A stretch of 64,000 bases of DNA from Eledone cirrhosa (lineage: Eukaryota), in assembly GCA_964016885.1 (NCBI GenBank), contig OZ024742.1, positions 25,048,001 through 25,112,000 of the forward strand, in the 5' to 3' direction. The position numbers and the translations under genes are program-made. The notes under the pieces are model-generated. The model was not told the DNA's origin. It was given only the letters and a program-made list of their open reading frames with translations, and made no database searches. Below, piece after piece: positions 22,951-36,939 of the stretch. Within the stretch, counting starts at the first letter, position 1, and each line of letters begins with the position of its first letter.

Positions 22951-24074
22951 ACTGATGCTGACGTTTTAGTAGCTGTTCTGAGGCAGGAGATGATCATATT
23001 GCTAGAAGTACATTATAAAACTAACAACTCATCACTCGTAGAAATATTACATTTATCTAACCTTGTTAGAAATCATCTTCTATGTGTTGTTGCAGAAAGA
23101 ATTCTTCTTTCTCCCGTAACTCCTTAGGAAGTTGTAGGGGTGCATTATTGACAAAGCATTTCTAAGACATTTTTTAAAACCTGGTGGAGCCCATCACTCT
23201 CCGGGTCTGAGTACAGTATATTTTTTCTAAAGAAGGATAGAGAGGGAAATAATGGCAATGATAAAGAAATATAGAGGAAGAAGTGACGCCAGTGCTTAAC
23301 ATTCTAATGACTCTGCAAAAGTCCTGTAAAAGAGTTTGTGATATGACGGGCATTCAGCCATGAAAATCATTCTACATGAAGTGTCACGAGGATACTTTAG
23401 TTTTGTCAAACATATGACAAAATGACTAGTACTGGTGGTACAACAAGATACAGTCAATCCACTCTGTCAAATAGGAGAAAATATGTGAAATGCAGCCTGC
23501 CTACCCATCAAAGACACCAGTAGTCTTGATTAAATATTCACCTGATCTAAGACAACCCATTCAAACCTTACTAGTAGGGAAAATGAGCAATAAATAAGGA
23601 TGATGATCAAAAATAGATTCAGATGGAATGGATCAGAGATGGTGAGCAGCTTTCAAATTGTCTATCAAAATAGCAAAAGCTTTGTCTGAGATTCTGAGAG
23701 ATATAGGGAACATATTCAGTCAGGGCCAGATTAATCAGATGTAGAGGGGGGGGGGGGGGGGTCAATGCCTTAGGCATCCCTTGTCAAACAGAACCTTCTC
23801 TAGGAACAGCCCCCCCCCCAATTCCCCTCTGAACAGGGCTTTACATTCATCATCCAGAATGTAGAACAGCATAAAAGGATAGAAAGAGTTAAAATGTTTG
23901 TTGTTGTTATATGAGGAGCCCAGAAAACCTAAACTGTCTGGGGCTGCCTAAAGTTTAAATATAGTCTTGTATCCAGCACCAATGACAAATGTCAGAGTTT
24001 GGCCCAGTATCCAATGCATGAACATGGAGGATTTGATGAAGACAAAAGTGGTCAAATACATATGCTATGATATG

Positions 24075-24355
24075 TACATCATCATCATATCATCAAGCAG
24101 TCAGTCGGTGTGACTATGACTTAATGTCTTTGGCATGGCTTGATAAGCTTTCTCCAGACTACTCAGTCTTTTGCTTGAGTTCGCCATTTTGATATGTTCA
24201 ATTCCTTTCCACACTTTGCAGTATCTTTGAATCTCAGTCTAGGTTTTCATTAGTTTCTTTTGCCCATACATGGTTGGAAGTTAAGGAGTGTCTGGAGAGT
24301 CTGCTGTTGTCAATCCTGTGTACGTGTCACAGTCACTGTAAATTTCTATCAATGA
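24075..24355 (-). pseudogene. Degenerate 3' end of an RTE-type LINE with (GAT)n tail
   Basis: HVHRIDNSRL..LRFKDT..WRKLI on the minus strand. Confidence 0.6.
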
Positions 24356-24522
24356 GTATTTCCATCACAGATCTCCCTTGCCGTCCTCCGGGGAAATGCC
24401 TTCTCCATTCAGTCTGCCGGGGCTGTGGGTGGGTCCCATCACGTACCGATGTAGTTGTTGTAGAAGAAACAGGAAGACAACAACTGGAAAGTTTGATTTT
24501 CTACTTTATCATTTACTTTTAT

Positions 24523-24710
24523 GGATTGGCAGTATCAGTAGAGTGTCGGACGCCATGCTTTGACGCAAAGAGTTATGTCCCTTTACGATCTGAGTTCAAA
24601 TCCCACCCAGGTTAACTTTGCCTTTCATCCTTACGGGGTCGATAAAATAAAGTACCAGTAATATACTGTGTATTTGCTGGCCTTGTGCCAAAAGTAGAAA
24701 CAATTATTAT
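24523..24710 (+). mobile_element. Nin/Deu-like SINE
   Basis: Family match. Confidence 0.8.
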
Positions 24711-25735
24711 AAGATGCTGTTTGCTGATATATTGCTGGTTGCCCACAGTGCTGAAAGTTGTAGATAACTTTGCTAGAGCTCCATCACAATTCAGTATACA
24801 CTCTGTGATTATACACCCTTGTTCTACATGCACACTTATACTTGATGTAGTGAAGCACCATATATACACCATTCCATGCTAACAAGGGTTATAAAAATAT
24901 GCACATACTCTCACTGGTACCACATGCATTGATGATGATGATAATGATGATGACAACGATGATGAAAACGATGATGATGGCAATGATGATGATGATGATA
25001 ACGGTGATGATGATGAGCTATTAAACTTCCCATTTAGAATAAACTTTTTAAAAGCATTGACCCCCCCATCTCTACCCCTCATCACTATTTTCCCCTCCCC
25101 TCACATTTCTCTCTCCTCAATTTCTCTCCCTCCTCTCTTCTGTCTTTCTCTCTCCTCTTTCTTTTTCTCTCTATCACTTCTCTCTCTTTCACACCTTTCT
25201 CTCCCTTCTCTCTCTCACTCTCTCTCTATCTCTCCTCTTTCACTTTCTCTCTCTGTGTCTCTTTCTCTGTCACCCCGCTCTCTCTCTCTCTCTCTTTCTC
25301 TTGATCATATCATGAAAGCACATGACACCATCCCACACATAAAGTAAAGTGTCTGAAGAACAATGTCTGTTAGCAGGAGTTAATTAGGTCAGACCTCACT
25401 TGTATAGACCAACAGTAATGGTAAATACAGTTAATTAAGCCATAGTTAATTTAAAAAAGCAGAAGGAAAAAAAAAATAAGACACAAAAAAAACAGACCAA
25501 AAAAATAATATAGAAGACAAACTACTGAAATTGTAAAACTAAAACACTACAAAGCAGATAGCAACAAAACAACAGTCACCACAACAACATAAAAAACATC
25601 CTTTTATATATATATATATATATATATACATATATATATACACGTATGATACATGTATATATATACATATACATATATATATATATATATAATTAGGTTG
25701 GTTGAATGTATTTGTAAATATCCATATTATATGTA

Positions 25736-25791
<56 letters not shown>

Positions 25792-25843
25792 TCATCATCA
25801 TCGTTTAACGTCTATCTTCCACGCTAGCATGGGTTTAGACGGG

Positions 25844-25887
<44 letters not shown>

Positions 25888-26020
25888 ATAATATATATAT
25901 ATATATATATGTATATATATGTATGCATATGTATATATGTGTGTGTATATATATTGTATAATATATGTATATATATATATAAACATAATGATGATGATGA
26001 TATATATATATATACATAAT

Positions 26021-26098
<78 letters not shown>

Positions 26099-26327
26099 AC
26101 CAATGTAGAAAAGATAACTTTACAACAACAGCCCTCATCCTCTCATCCTGATGCTGACAATGATGATGATGACAATGATACTTGTGATACTAAGTGGCTC
26201 TGGATGGTGCCTATTAGTAGGTGAAAAATTCCCCGATAAAATGGTTTTGGCTCTAGTTTAATGCGGTGCTTTCTTTTTCCTGTCTTTCTATTGATTCTGT
26301 ATTATCTTCTCTGCGACACTAACTCAC

Positions 26328-26388
26328 TTGTCGATGTTTGATGTTGTACTTTTCTACCAAAACTATATAACCGCTTATCTCTCGCCAT
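26328..26388 (-). CDS. Candidate first coding exon of an unknown host gene (MARDKRLYSFGRKVQHQTST)
   Basis: aaaATGG start context, 61-nt open frame, A|gtgagt donor, unique sequence next to an A-rich leader. Confidence 0.4.
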
Positions 26389-27589
26389 TTTCCAAGCTGC
26401 TGTTTTTTGGTGTCCTTTTTTTTACTTTTGTTTTTTTTTGTATTTTTTTTGTATTTTAGGTTTGTTTGTTTTTTTTCAATATATTTTCTAATTATTTTTA
26501 TCCATTTTTATGTAGATTTTTTTTTTTTACAAATATTTTTGTTATCTTGTTTTCTTTTTTTTTTTAAAATCTTTTTCTTTTCGATATATTTATTTGTTAT
26601 TATCTGAGAGAAGTGCAGCTCTTTAGCGAGGTATATGAAACGAAAACAAAATAGCAAGGAGAGAGAAGAAAAAATAGAAATTGAAAGGAAACAGAGATTC
26701 ATTGTCTGTTTATCTTTATTTTTCTCTTATTTTTCATCCTCCTTCTCTTCTCTTCCCTTTCTCAACTCCTCCTTCATTTACACACACACATACACACTCT
26801 CTCTCTCTCTCACATAAACACACATATACACAGCACACATACACATATGCACACACAAATACTCATCTTCTCTCTCTCTCTCACACACATAGACACACAT
26901 AGATACACATATACACAGATTATCTCTCTTTCTCAAACCTTTTTCACTTACACACTCATGCACACACGCACACGTACACAGATGCACACACAAATACACA
27001 TCCACTCTCAGTCTTTCACACACACACACACATCCTCTCTTTCTCTGTCTCACACACACAAACAACCACACACACACACTCATCCTCTCTCTGTCATACA
27101 TACACACACACACCATCTCTTTCCCCGCTCGCTCTCACACACAAATACAGAATCAAACATACACACATACATATGCAAACACACATACATCCTCTCTCTC
27201 ACACACATACATACATACACACCCTCTCTGTCACACACACATCGTCACTCTCTCTCACACACACATCGTCACTCTCTCTCACACACACATCGTCACTCTC
27301 TCTCTCACACATATACACCCACAGTGCTATTCCTATTGCTATCACTACAATATAATACTGTTTTCTTCCTTATCCAATAAAGAGACAATTAATTGACATT
27401 TCATGATCCATCAAAACTATCCATCAATGGGAGTATGACTCCTATTGATCTTTCTCACTGGAAAATATTTATGTTTCTCCAATACTTAAATAACATCAGT
27501 CAAAGAGAATGAGGTACCATTCTCAGAGACATAATGGAAAGCTTGTATTTGAACTTATAATGTAAGTTATCTATCAGCTTATATGTCAT

Positions 27590-27860
27590 AAGTTTAACCA
27601 TATTTGTGACATACATATTTATGATAATAATATTCAGAGTTATGACATACTTATGACACACTTATTTATCATAATAGTATGCAGAGTTATGACATATTTA
27701 TGACATACGTATTCATCATAATATTATGCAGTGTTATGACATATCTATGACATGCATATTTATCATAACAGTATGCAGTGTTGACATATTTATGACATAT
27801 TTATGACATGCATATTCATCATAACAGTATGCAGAGTTATGACATTTTTATGACATGCAG
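27590..27860. repeat. Degenerate 35-45-bp minisatellite (ttatgacat-based)
   Basis: Direct inspection. Confidence 0.75.
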
Positions 27861-27954
27861 GAAACAAGTGGCGGAAAAAACTGATGCAGCACAGAAATCC
27901 CTGCTAAAAGATAGCATAAGATCACAAGCTGAAGTATTTTAGATATTCTGTGAT

Positions 27955-28740
27955 ACTCCTCAAAGATTTAAGACTGGACACCACTAATACATGGATGTGC
28001 CAAGCAGCAGGAGATGAGCGACAACCAAAGATTTGAGACTGGACAGCACTAATACATGGATGTGCCAAGCAGCAGGGGATGAGGGACCCCCAAAGATTTG
28101 AGACTGGACAGCACTGTAATACATGGATGTGCCAAGCAGCAGGGGATGAGGGACCCTCAAGGATTTGAGAATGGACAGCACTGTAATACATGGATGTGCC
28201 AAGCAGCAGGGGATGAGGGACCCCCAAAGATTTGAGACTGAACAGCACTAATACATGGATGTGCCAAGCAGCAGGGGATGAGGGACCCCCAAAGATTTGA
28301 GACTGAACAGCACTAATACATGGATGTGCCAAGCAGCAGGGGATGAGGGACTCCCAAGGATTTGAGACTGGACAGCACTAATACATGGATGTGCCAAGCA
28401 GCAGGGGATGAGGGACTCCCAAGGATTTGAGACTGGACAGCACTAATACATGGATGTGCCAAGCAGCAGGGGATGAGGGACTCCCAAGGATTTGAGACTG
28501 GACAGCACTAATACATGGATGTGCCAAGCAGCAGGGGATGAGGGACTCCCAAGGATTTGAGACTGGACAGCACTGTAATACATGGATGTGCTAAGCAGCA
28601 GGAAGCTAGAGATACCTAAAGATTTGAGACTGGCCAGCACTGTAATACATTGACATGTGCCAGGCACCGGTGGGAGATGGACCCAAAAGGATTTGTGACT
28701 GGTGTGCACTATAATACATGGCTGTGTGCCAGGCAGCTAA
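27955..28740. repeat. Minisatellite, about 12 units of 65-69 bp
   Basis: atacat motif at 27987, 28052, 28119, 28186, 28251, 28316, 28381, 28446, 28511, 28578, 28645, 28714. Confidence 0.95.
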
Positions 28741-30254
28741 AGAGAGTGGCCAAGAAGGTGCTGGATGAGCAGCATCTGTGCATTGATTGAAAAGAGTCCC
28801 TGAACAATGAACAGAATGACAGAGGAGAGGACTGCTTTGAGGAAATTGCTGAAGGTATGCACAGACATTTGGGGGTCTATGATGATGGTAATGATGCATG
28901 AGTGCAGTCATACAGGATATCATAATAATCATCACCATAACATTGCAATGTTAACGTGGGTTGGCCAGATCTGTAATACCTTTTAATCCAGGTTTGTTTG
29001 ATATTTGAAACTCAACATATTAAGATCAAAACTCCCTATTTTTTCAATGCATAATATTCTCCATACATTTTAATTTACATATCTTTCATGAATTTGCATA
29101 TATGCATATATACATGAATTTACACTGATGCATACATACACAGAACTGATGTTGGCTGAGCCATAGAAACCAAGCCCAAATCAGTTCTGTGTGAGCATCA
29201 CATGGTCCTTCGACCTGATCTCTCACAAAGAGACAGCCTGTCATACCCATGCTAACATGGAAAATGGATGTTAAACAATGATGATGATTACAACACTGTC
29301 ATATCTACAAGGCCGGATTAATCAAGAAGCAAAATAAGCATGTTTAGAGTATCAAAGGATGAGGAGAATAATTTTATTTAAATTAATTGTATTTTTGCAA
29401 TCAATAAATAAGGAGAATCATTACAGACCTTATATATAGAGGGCAACATAATATTTTAAGTATTTAAGACCTCGACAGAACTTAATCCTGCTCTGCATAT
29501 ATACACATAATACTAGGTGCTGTGGGGCATACATATACTCTGTGTACTTGTTTAGACATTCTAATATCTAAATATCATGGCATCTTAATTACTATCCCAT
29601 CATGCTGTTTATCTATATATATTTCCATCTTACTGCCAACAACCAGCAAGTATCTACCACAGTTCGCTACATCTACGATCCTATCCATTTGGTACTCCCA
29701 TCCATTCACACTCATATCCATACCCTACTCTCCTTTAACCTCCCGGCCATTGCCTTCTAGTCACAACTTTACCTCATGTTTACCTTCAAAGAATAGAGAT
29801 TATATAGACGAGAAAGGATTTCTGTGAGGAAGGCAACCTCTCTTGAGGAAAAAATTCTGTAAAGTGTTTGGTGATCACACAGTTAATGTAGTGTAGACCA
29901 GGCAGTTGTGACTGCTAGACACTACCAGCAATGGACAAAACAACTATAGAAACATTGTTTAATTAGTCTGATTTGATGAGTTCCCCACCCACTCAGATCT
30001 TGTTGATCGATTGATAAAATAAAAAGAGCAGGCACTTTAGCTTTGTCAAGGATATATCAACCTGTTTAGTGCTGGTGCTGCTACAATAAAATACGCCTTG
30101 TACACTCTGTAATGTGGTTGATGTTAATAATTGTTTCTACTTTTGGCACAAGGCCAGCAATTGCCTAGTGCATTACTGGTACTTTATTTTATCGACCCTG
30201 TAAGGATGAAAGGCAAAGCTAAACTCGATGGGATTTGAACTCGGTTGATGTTAA

Positions 30255-30475
30255 TAATGGTTTCTTATATAAGCACAAGGTCATCTATTTGGGGGAGGGG
30301 AAAGTCGATTAAATAAATCAACCCCAGTGCGTGACTGGTACTTTAGCTTATCGACCCCGTAAGGATGAAAGGCAAAGTTAACCTCGGCGGGATGTGAACT
30401 CAGATCATAAAGAGTCGTAACTCTATGCTACAAAGCATGGTGTCCGACCCTCTACTGATACTGCCAATCCACCTT
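30255..30475 (-). mobile_element. Nin/Deu-like SINE (a partial copy precedes it at 30128-30243)
   Basis: Family match. Confidence 0.8.
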
Positions 30476-30574
30476 GGTCTCTAACCATAGAGATCATACA
30501 GAAACATGAGAAAGACAGGTTTTCAAGGCCATCTAGGACACTAACTTAGAATTAGAACTGACTTAATCCTTGAC

Positions 30575-31142
30575 AAATGTCCAACTTCTGTCAGCATAGA
30601 AAACAGATGTTAAGTGATATTGATGATGATGATGCTTCCTACATTATATGTAGAGATAGGTGTGTGTATTTGTGTACGTATGCGTGTATTTGTGTATGTA
30701 TGTATGTGTATATGTGTGTATGTATGTGTGTGTATATGTGTGTATGTATGTGTATGTGTGTGTATATGTGTGTATTTGTGGTAGAAGTCTAATATCAATT
30801 ATATGTAGGCACATGGCTTAGTGGTTAGAGCAGTGGCCTTGCAATCGAAAGGTTGTGAGTTCAATTCTCAGACCGGGTGATGTGTTGTTTCCTTGAGCAA
30901 GACACTTTATTTCACATTGCTCCAGTTTACTCAGCTGTAGAAATGAGATGATAGGGACTGGGGTCCATATCATTCCACTGCAAAGTGGTCATGGAGGTGC
31001 CACGGCAAAAAAGCACCCAGCACTCACTGTAAATGAGGTTGGTGTTAGGAAGGGCATCCAGCTGTAGAAATCAAGCCAGAATCAGTTCCCGTCCCACCCT
31101 TGCAAGCAGGGAAAAGTGGACGTAAAATGAAATGATGATGAT
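30575..31142 (+). mobile_element. CORE-type SINE (30808-31142) with a 5' flank duplicated at 5637-6043
   Basis: Non-repetitive flank is identical by eye. Confidence 0.85.
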
Positions 31143-31219
31143 GAAATGATGTCAGCTGTACAGTTGCTACATTGTTGTGGTCACTATAATATATAATGGA
31201 GGAACTGAGAAATGACCAA

Positions 31220-31735
31220 CTTTGTCTCTCTCTCTCTCTCTCTCTCTCTTATCTCCCTCCTCCACTGAATACTTATTATACTTATTATGACTATCTCTGG
31301 CTCCCCCTCCCAAACTCTCTCTTTCTTTCACTCTCTCTCTCTCCCTCTCTCTCTTCCTCTCTGACAGTCTCTCTCACTCTCTCTCTCTCTCTGACAGTCT
31401 ATCTCTCTCACTCTCTCTCTCTTTCTCTCTGACAGTCTCTCTCCCCCCTCTCTCTCTCAACCTCCCTCCCTCTCTCAACCTCCCTCCCTCTCCCTATCTC
31501 CCCTCTCTCTCTCTCTCAACCTCCCTCCCTCTCCCTATCTCCCCTCTCCCTCTCTCAACCTCCCTCCCCTCTCCCTCTCTCCCCTCTCTATCTCCCCCAA
31601 CCCCTCTCCATCTCCCCCTCTCTCTCAACCTCCCTCCCTCTCTCTATCTCCCTCTCTCTCAACCGCCCTCCCTCTCCCTACCCCCCTCTCAACCTCCCTC
31701 CCTCTCTCCATCCCCCCCTCCCTATCTCCCCTCCT
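31220..31735. repeat. Polypyrimidine (CT)n and ctctcaacctccctcc minisatellite
   Basis: Direct inspection. Confidence 0.9.
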
Positions 31736-32126
31736 ATAAGATCTTTCCTTCCTGGCAGCAACCAGGCAGTAAGACTAAAATAATTGGGTGATAAAATATA
31801 AAAGTAGACTAGTCTTGTCAAGATGATAACACAATAGCTTTTATTGGTATGATGTGTGTTTTTTTTCTTCTTCTTTCGCTTTCCTTTCCTTTCATTTAGG
31901 TCCTAACACATACAATGGAATATTTATTATCATCAAATAGGAAATATATTTACTTCATTTGTGAAGATAATCTAGAAAATGACTCCACATTTAATTTCTT
32001 GCTGGTGAATTATTATCTACTAAGATCCTTGATGATATTCTGCAATTTGTATATGTGGGTGTATCTATGTTTACACATTAGCACATACACACACATGCAT
32101 ATTCAGACGCACACAGACACACACAC

Positions 32127-32157
<31 letters not shown>

Positions 32158-32291
32158 GCTTTTTGTGTGTAGGTGTGTGTATGTGTGTGTGTGGTCTACA
32201 CATCATCATATATACGTATATACCTTATTTGATTGCGTATGTGTGAGAATCTTTTATATTTATGATTATATATATGTATATATATATATAC

Positions 32292-32324
<33 letters not shown>

Positions 32325-32380
32325 AGGCATAAAAGATAGGCATGCAAGCATACATACATACAACCAACCACGTGTGTATA

Positions 32381-32416
<36 letters not shown>

Positions 32417-33102
32417 TGTATGTATGTATGTATGTATGTATGTATGTATGCATGTATGTATATATGTATATATGTATGTGATAGAAAAGATAGGTAGGCA
32501 TACAATATGATAGATATAGACTTGTCATTCAATCATTGATATATTAGTGTTTGAGTTACACCTATAATTGAATAATGTATTGTTTTTCTCAGATTATATA
32601 TAAACACATAATATGCTTGGTGTATATATATATATATACATATATATACATATATATATATATATAATGTATATATATATATATATATATGTGTCTAATG
32701 AAAAAAAAATAGACATGTCTCCCTATAAAGACAGTTTTCTGTATCAGTTTTGCTTGTTTGATAATGTAAAGAAAAAGAGAAATATATAGTGCACTGAGGT
32801 AGCACCTTGCCTTTGTGTGTATATATATATATATTGTATATATATACAACATTTCCTCTCATTACCACATGATTCTGTTACCTGGAGATATACCCATATG
32901 CATTGTTGAGCATTCCAAAATGACAATTGTATATATATATAGAAAAGCAGAAGAACTGCGAAACCGGTAAAGGAACCAAATAAATATATATATTTTTTTT
33001 AAAACAGACTCCAGTTGCATTTTCGATTTCATCTTTTTTTCTTTATACTTTCACTCGTGTAGGACACCTCGGTTATTTTTCATTTTGTAAAAAAAACCTC
33101 AC

Positions 33103-33157
<55 letters not shown>

Positions 33158-33158
<1 letters not shown>

Positions 33159-34060
33159 CCTTTGAAATTTTGAAATTGTTGAATATGAATTGTGCTGCAG
33201 ATTTGATGAATTATAGAACCACACTCAAGGCAGTGTGCGACACTAGATATTGACTTCCGGCCGACCCAGAAGGGGTCACACCCGACTGTGAATGGATTAC
33301 AACCTCCGGATTCAGTAATCTATACGAAAACTACGTGGCGGACATATAAATAACATAACTGTCATTGACAGTTTTAGCCATTTTAGGTGTTTATCGCAGA
33401 CCGCCTATGCAGATAAATCCCCTGGGTATATGTTTTGGAAACATAGTGTTATCTCGCCTAATGCTCAGAACTGGAACCAATGGATGTGGTTCGTAGGGTA
33501 CTGATATGATACGGAGAATCGACCTGTTTCAAGGCGATATAACTGGAGTACACCATCCTTCCTATGGACAATCATACATGTAAAGCTGCACCACCGCTAA
33601 CCAACTTTTCTTCTCACAGACTCATGCTTGCAAGCTCTCTTAATCTATACACCCTGTATTTGCACTGCTTGTGCTTTGATGTATCTATGCTTTGCTTTTT
33701 TTTTTTTTTTTTTTTTTTTTTGATCATGCTGAGTAATACCTTCACTCATTCCTTGCTACCCTCTCCCAACCTCATTATCATCTATTGCACCATTTAAGTG
33801 ATACATTTTTGATGTAATTTTTTATGACATTTTATGACATTGTGTGCATCATGTATTCTGTCTTTTTCTATATAGCGCTGGCCTCGGGACCCCCCTGCTG
33901 GTCCTTTAATCTTGTTCTGGTGACGCAGCTTGATGGAGCATGCAACTATTGATATACTCTTGTTTATTGTTTATAGGCTCTGATGATTCCTGCCATAGGG
34001 TATGGATGAAATACTGTTAGCTAATATTTCTAAACACTCTTTGGTTATTCCTATAATTAT
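33158..34060 (+). mobile_element. Probable 5'-truncated Penelope-like element: ORF tip, structured 3' region and hammerhead, between (TA)n tracts
   Basis: 33158-33253 reads TFEILKLLNMNCAADLMNYRTTLKAVCDTRY*, resembling the EIL..LLN.R.EL...C terminus of PLE proteins; hammerhead at 33976. Confidence 0.5.
33976..34022 (+). ncRNA. Minimal type I hammerhead ribozyme fold
   Basis: ggct-CTGATGA-t tcc..gga t-GAAA-TACT-GTT-agct. Confidence 0.65.
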
Positions 34061-34087
34061 ATATATCATCATCATCATCATCATCAT

Positions 34088-34118
<31 letters not shown>

Positions 34119-36681
34119 GCCCACATTATAAAATGGATGTGTAAAAGACATGGCAAAAAGCATCCAGTACACACAGTCAATGTGGTTGGTGTTAGCAAAG
34201 GCATCCAGCCATAGAAAACCAGCCATAAACACCCCTATATGAGTGAGACGCAGTCACCTAACCCAACTTGCCTCTAAATAAAACCTGTCTAACCCATGTT
34301 AGCATGGAAGAGAGATGTTTATCAATGATGATGATGATGATTATATATATGAGTGTGTGTATGTATATTCAGTTTATTAAAGCTAAATAATGAGTTTTAG
34401 CCTGAATACAATGAATATTTAAATTTTACTTTGGCATTGAGTACTCTTTTCCCTTGGCTGTCATGGATTTCATTCCTGGACTGGATTGTGTGCTGTGTTC
34501 TGAAGCAAAACACTTCATTTCACGTTGCTCCAGTATACGTGTATGAATACCAAGAGTAGCTGGGGGTTTAACCCTGCAATGGGCTGGCATCCTGACCAGG
34601 GTGTAGTCTAGTATTCTCAGTTGCTTCATGCCATGGAAACCAGGAGAAGCACTGGCCCGGAGGTTTGAGACATTTTTTTTATATTCTATGGTCAGATGCT
34701 ATGACTGACGCCAACCAACCTTTATTTGTTGCATGAGGAATGACAATATAGTTGCTCTTTTGAGGCTCATTTGTTAATGTATTTAAAGGAAATCTTCTTA
34801 TATCGACAGTTAAGCTATTTACATTTATAAACATCTGTGAGTAACTTATTGTGTAAATTACCTACCAGTTGAATAAACTTTAGTTGGATGGAGTGCCTCT
34901 GAAGTCTAAAGTCTGTTATGAGCCTGGAAACTCGTTAGGATGGTGCTTATCCCTGTTTATGTAGTGTTAAGCAGCTGAAAATACAAGACAAAAGACCACT
35001 CAATTGTAAGGTTAAACTCCCATCTATTGCTGGTTCTCATTTTCAGCTGAGTATACTGGAGCAACATTAAATGAAGTGCTTTGTTCAAGAACACAACACA
35101 CAATCCAGACCTGGAATCTAAACATATGACATTATGATCATAAGTCCAGCACAGTTACCACTAGGCCACACACACCTGATGAAATGCTTAGCTGTTCAAA
35201 ATTCTATTGAAATCTTTGCATTTATAGCTCCAGCAAACCCTCACTAACTAACAGTAAGTAGATATAGAATAAAAGAAAATTTATTTCCATACATTATAAT
35301 GCATTCTGCTTCCTTTTTGGATCAAGTTAGATAAATGAAGAACTTAATGCATTATGACATAAACTCTGGTTTTAAGCTGCATCCTGTCTTATTTGTAAAA
35401 TTGTTTAGCAGATGGTTTACTAAAGTAGTTTAAAGAACTTTAACCACAGACTATTGTTTGCTGAGTTGAATACAGCCTGTTTAGATATACTTGCTGAGAA
35501 GAATGTATTTGCAGAACAGGTCTTAAAACTTGTTTTTCGTACCAGTTTATCTAACCAGGATGCAAGGAAAAGAATGAACTACTTTATTGAAATTTATCAC
35601 TTCTAAATCTGTCAAAGCTGTAAGAATTGTGTTTCAATTGGCAGCATGTTGTGAATGAGGCAGAGTTGGTGTGTAAAATTCAAACAAAAGTTTCCTTAGA
35701 ATAGCAACTAATATGGTCAGGAGAAACCGGATACAGAAATGGTTGAATGCAATGATGAAGGTTATAGATTTAGCTGAACAAGCTGAATAAACTCTTTCAT
35801 GAAAATAATGGTGATAGTAGTGGTAGTGGTGCTGCTGCAAATCATGAAGATAATTTTGCTAGTTAGAATCATGATGTCGATGATGATGACATTTCCTTCT
35901 AGTTGGTTTTAAATCGTGAAAATCTCTGGTTGGTTCTATAGAATATCAGAGATAATATACTTCCTCTGTGGAACTGTGAATAGTTATTCTTTGATTATAT
36001 CTATGTCTTACAAGCAACCGTTTCTAGCACAGTAGAATCTATTCAACAGATTCAATGAGCATTTGAAATACCAAAAAATAAAAGAAGAAAAATATAATAA
36101 CAACATAAGATAAAATAAAATGGAATGACCAAGAGCTGAATTGAACCAATGTAGCCTGCTTTTCTGTTACTCATACAGTCATTGATTTCTAAATCTTACT
36201 GATCATTTGCTATTGTAAAGGTCATTTAGTTTTGGCTAGTGAGGAATCTATTTTGAGCACAATGGACTGGAACATGTCAGCTAATATGTATTGTAATGAA
36301 ATGATGCTGCTACTTATACACAAGCAGAAGTTTGAAGACATAGATTATGTGTTCAATCCTGTTAATACTGCTGCAGAGAATTCTCAAATATAAAACTGTT
36401 ATGTTTTGTTTACCTTTTACTCTTGAATCATTATTAAAAACTTTCTCCTCTTTAATGTTGTATTATTCAACTGATTTTGCTGTCAGCTTTAGTAGAACTT
36501 ATTCTGATAACTAACCATGACATATGAAATCTTTTTCTTCCAGTTGTCTCTTAAACAGGTTTGACATTTAGCAACAGCCATCTCTATGTATTCTGACTAC
36601 ATATAATAAACATTATAATGACAAAGTAGAACTTCAACATTGTTTTATAGCTTGTTAATCTTTAAATAACTAAATATAATA

Positions 36682-36872
36682 TAATTGTTTCTACTATTGG
36701 CACAAGGCCAGCAATTACCCAGTACTTTACTGGTACTTTATTTTATCGACCCCGTAAGGATGAAAGGCAAAGTTAACCTCGGCAGGATTTGAACTCAGAA
36801 TGGCAAGGGCCATAACTCTATGCGTCAAATCATGGCATCCGGCCCTCTACCGATACTGCCAATTCACTGCCC
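36682..36872 (-). mobile_element. Nin/Deu-like SINE with probable TSD taactaaatataatataat
   Basis: Family match; flanking direct repeat near 36667 and 36876. Confidence 0.85.
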
Positions 36873-36939
36873 TCTAACTAAATATAATATAATGTTAGTA
36901 TGTATCACTATTACTGTAGTACAATATTGTGTTGATATG

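Noticed and set aside
24362-24450. GC-rich island tested as an HDV-like ribozyme
   Set aside because: Could not fit the nested double pseudoknot
27955-28740. CRISPR-like periodicity
   Set aside because: Whole units repeat with no unique spacers; no cas genes; eukaryotic context
32941-32975. gcag-aagaa-ctgc-GAAAC-CG-GTA
   Set aside because: Only the 3' half of a hammerhead; CUGAnGA and stem I are lost at (TA)n, so not counted as intact (likewise near 17120, 18350 and 63670)
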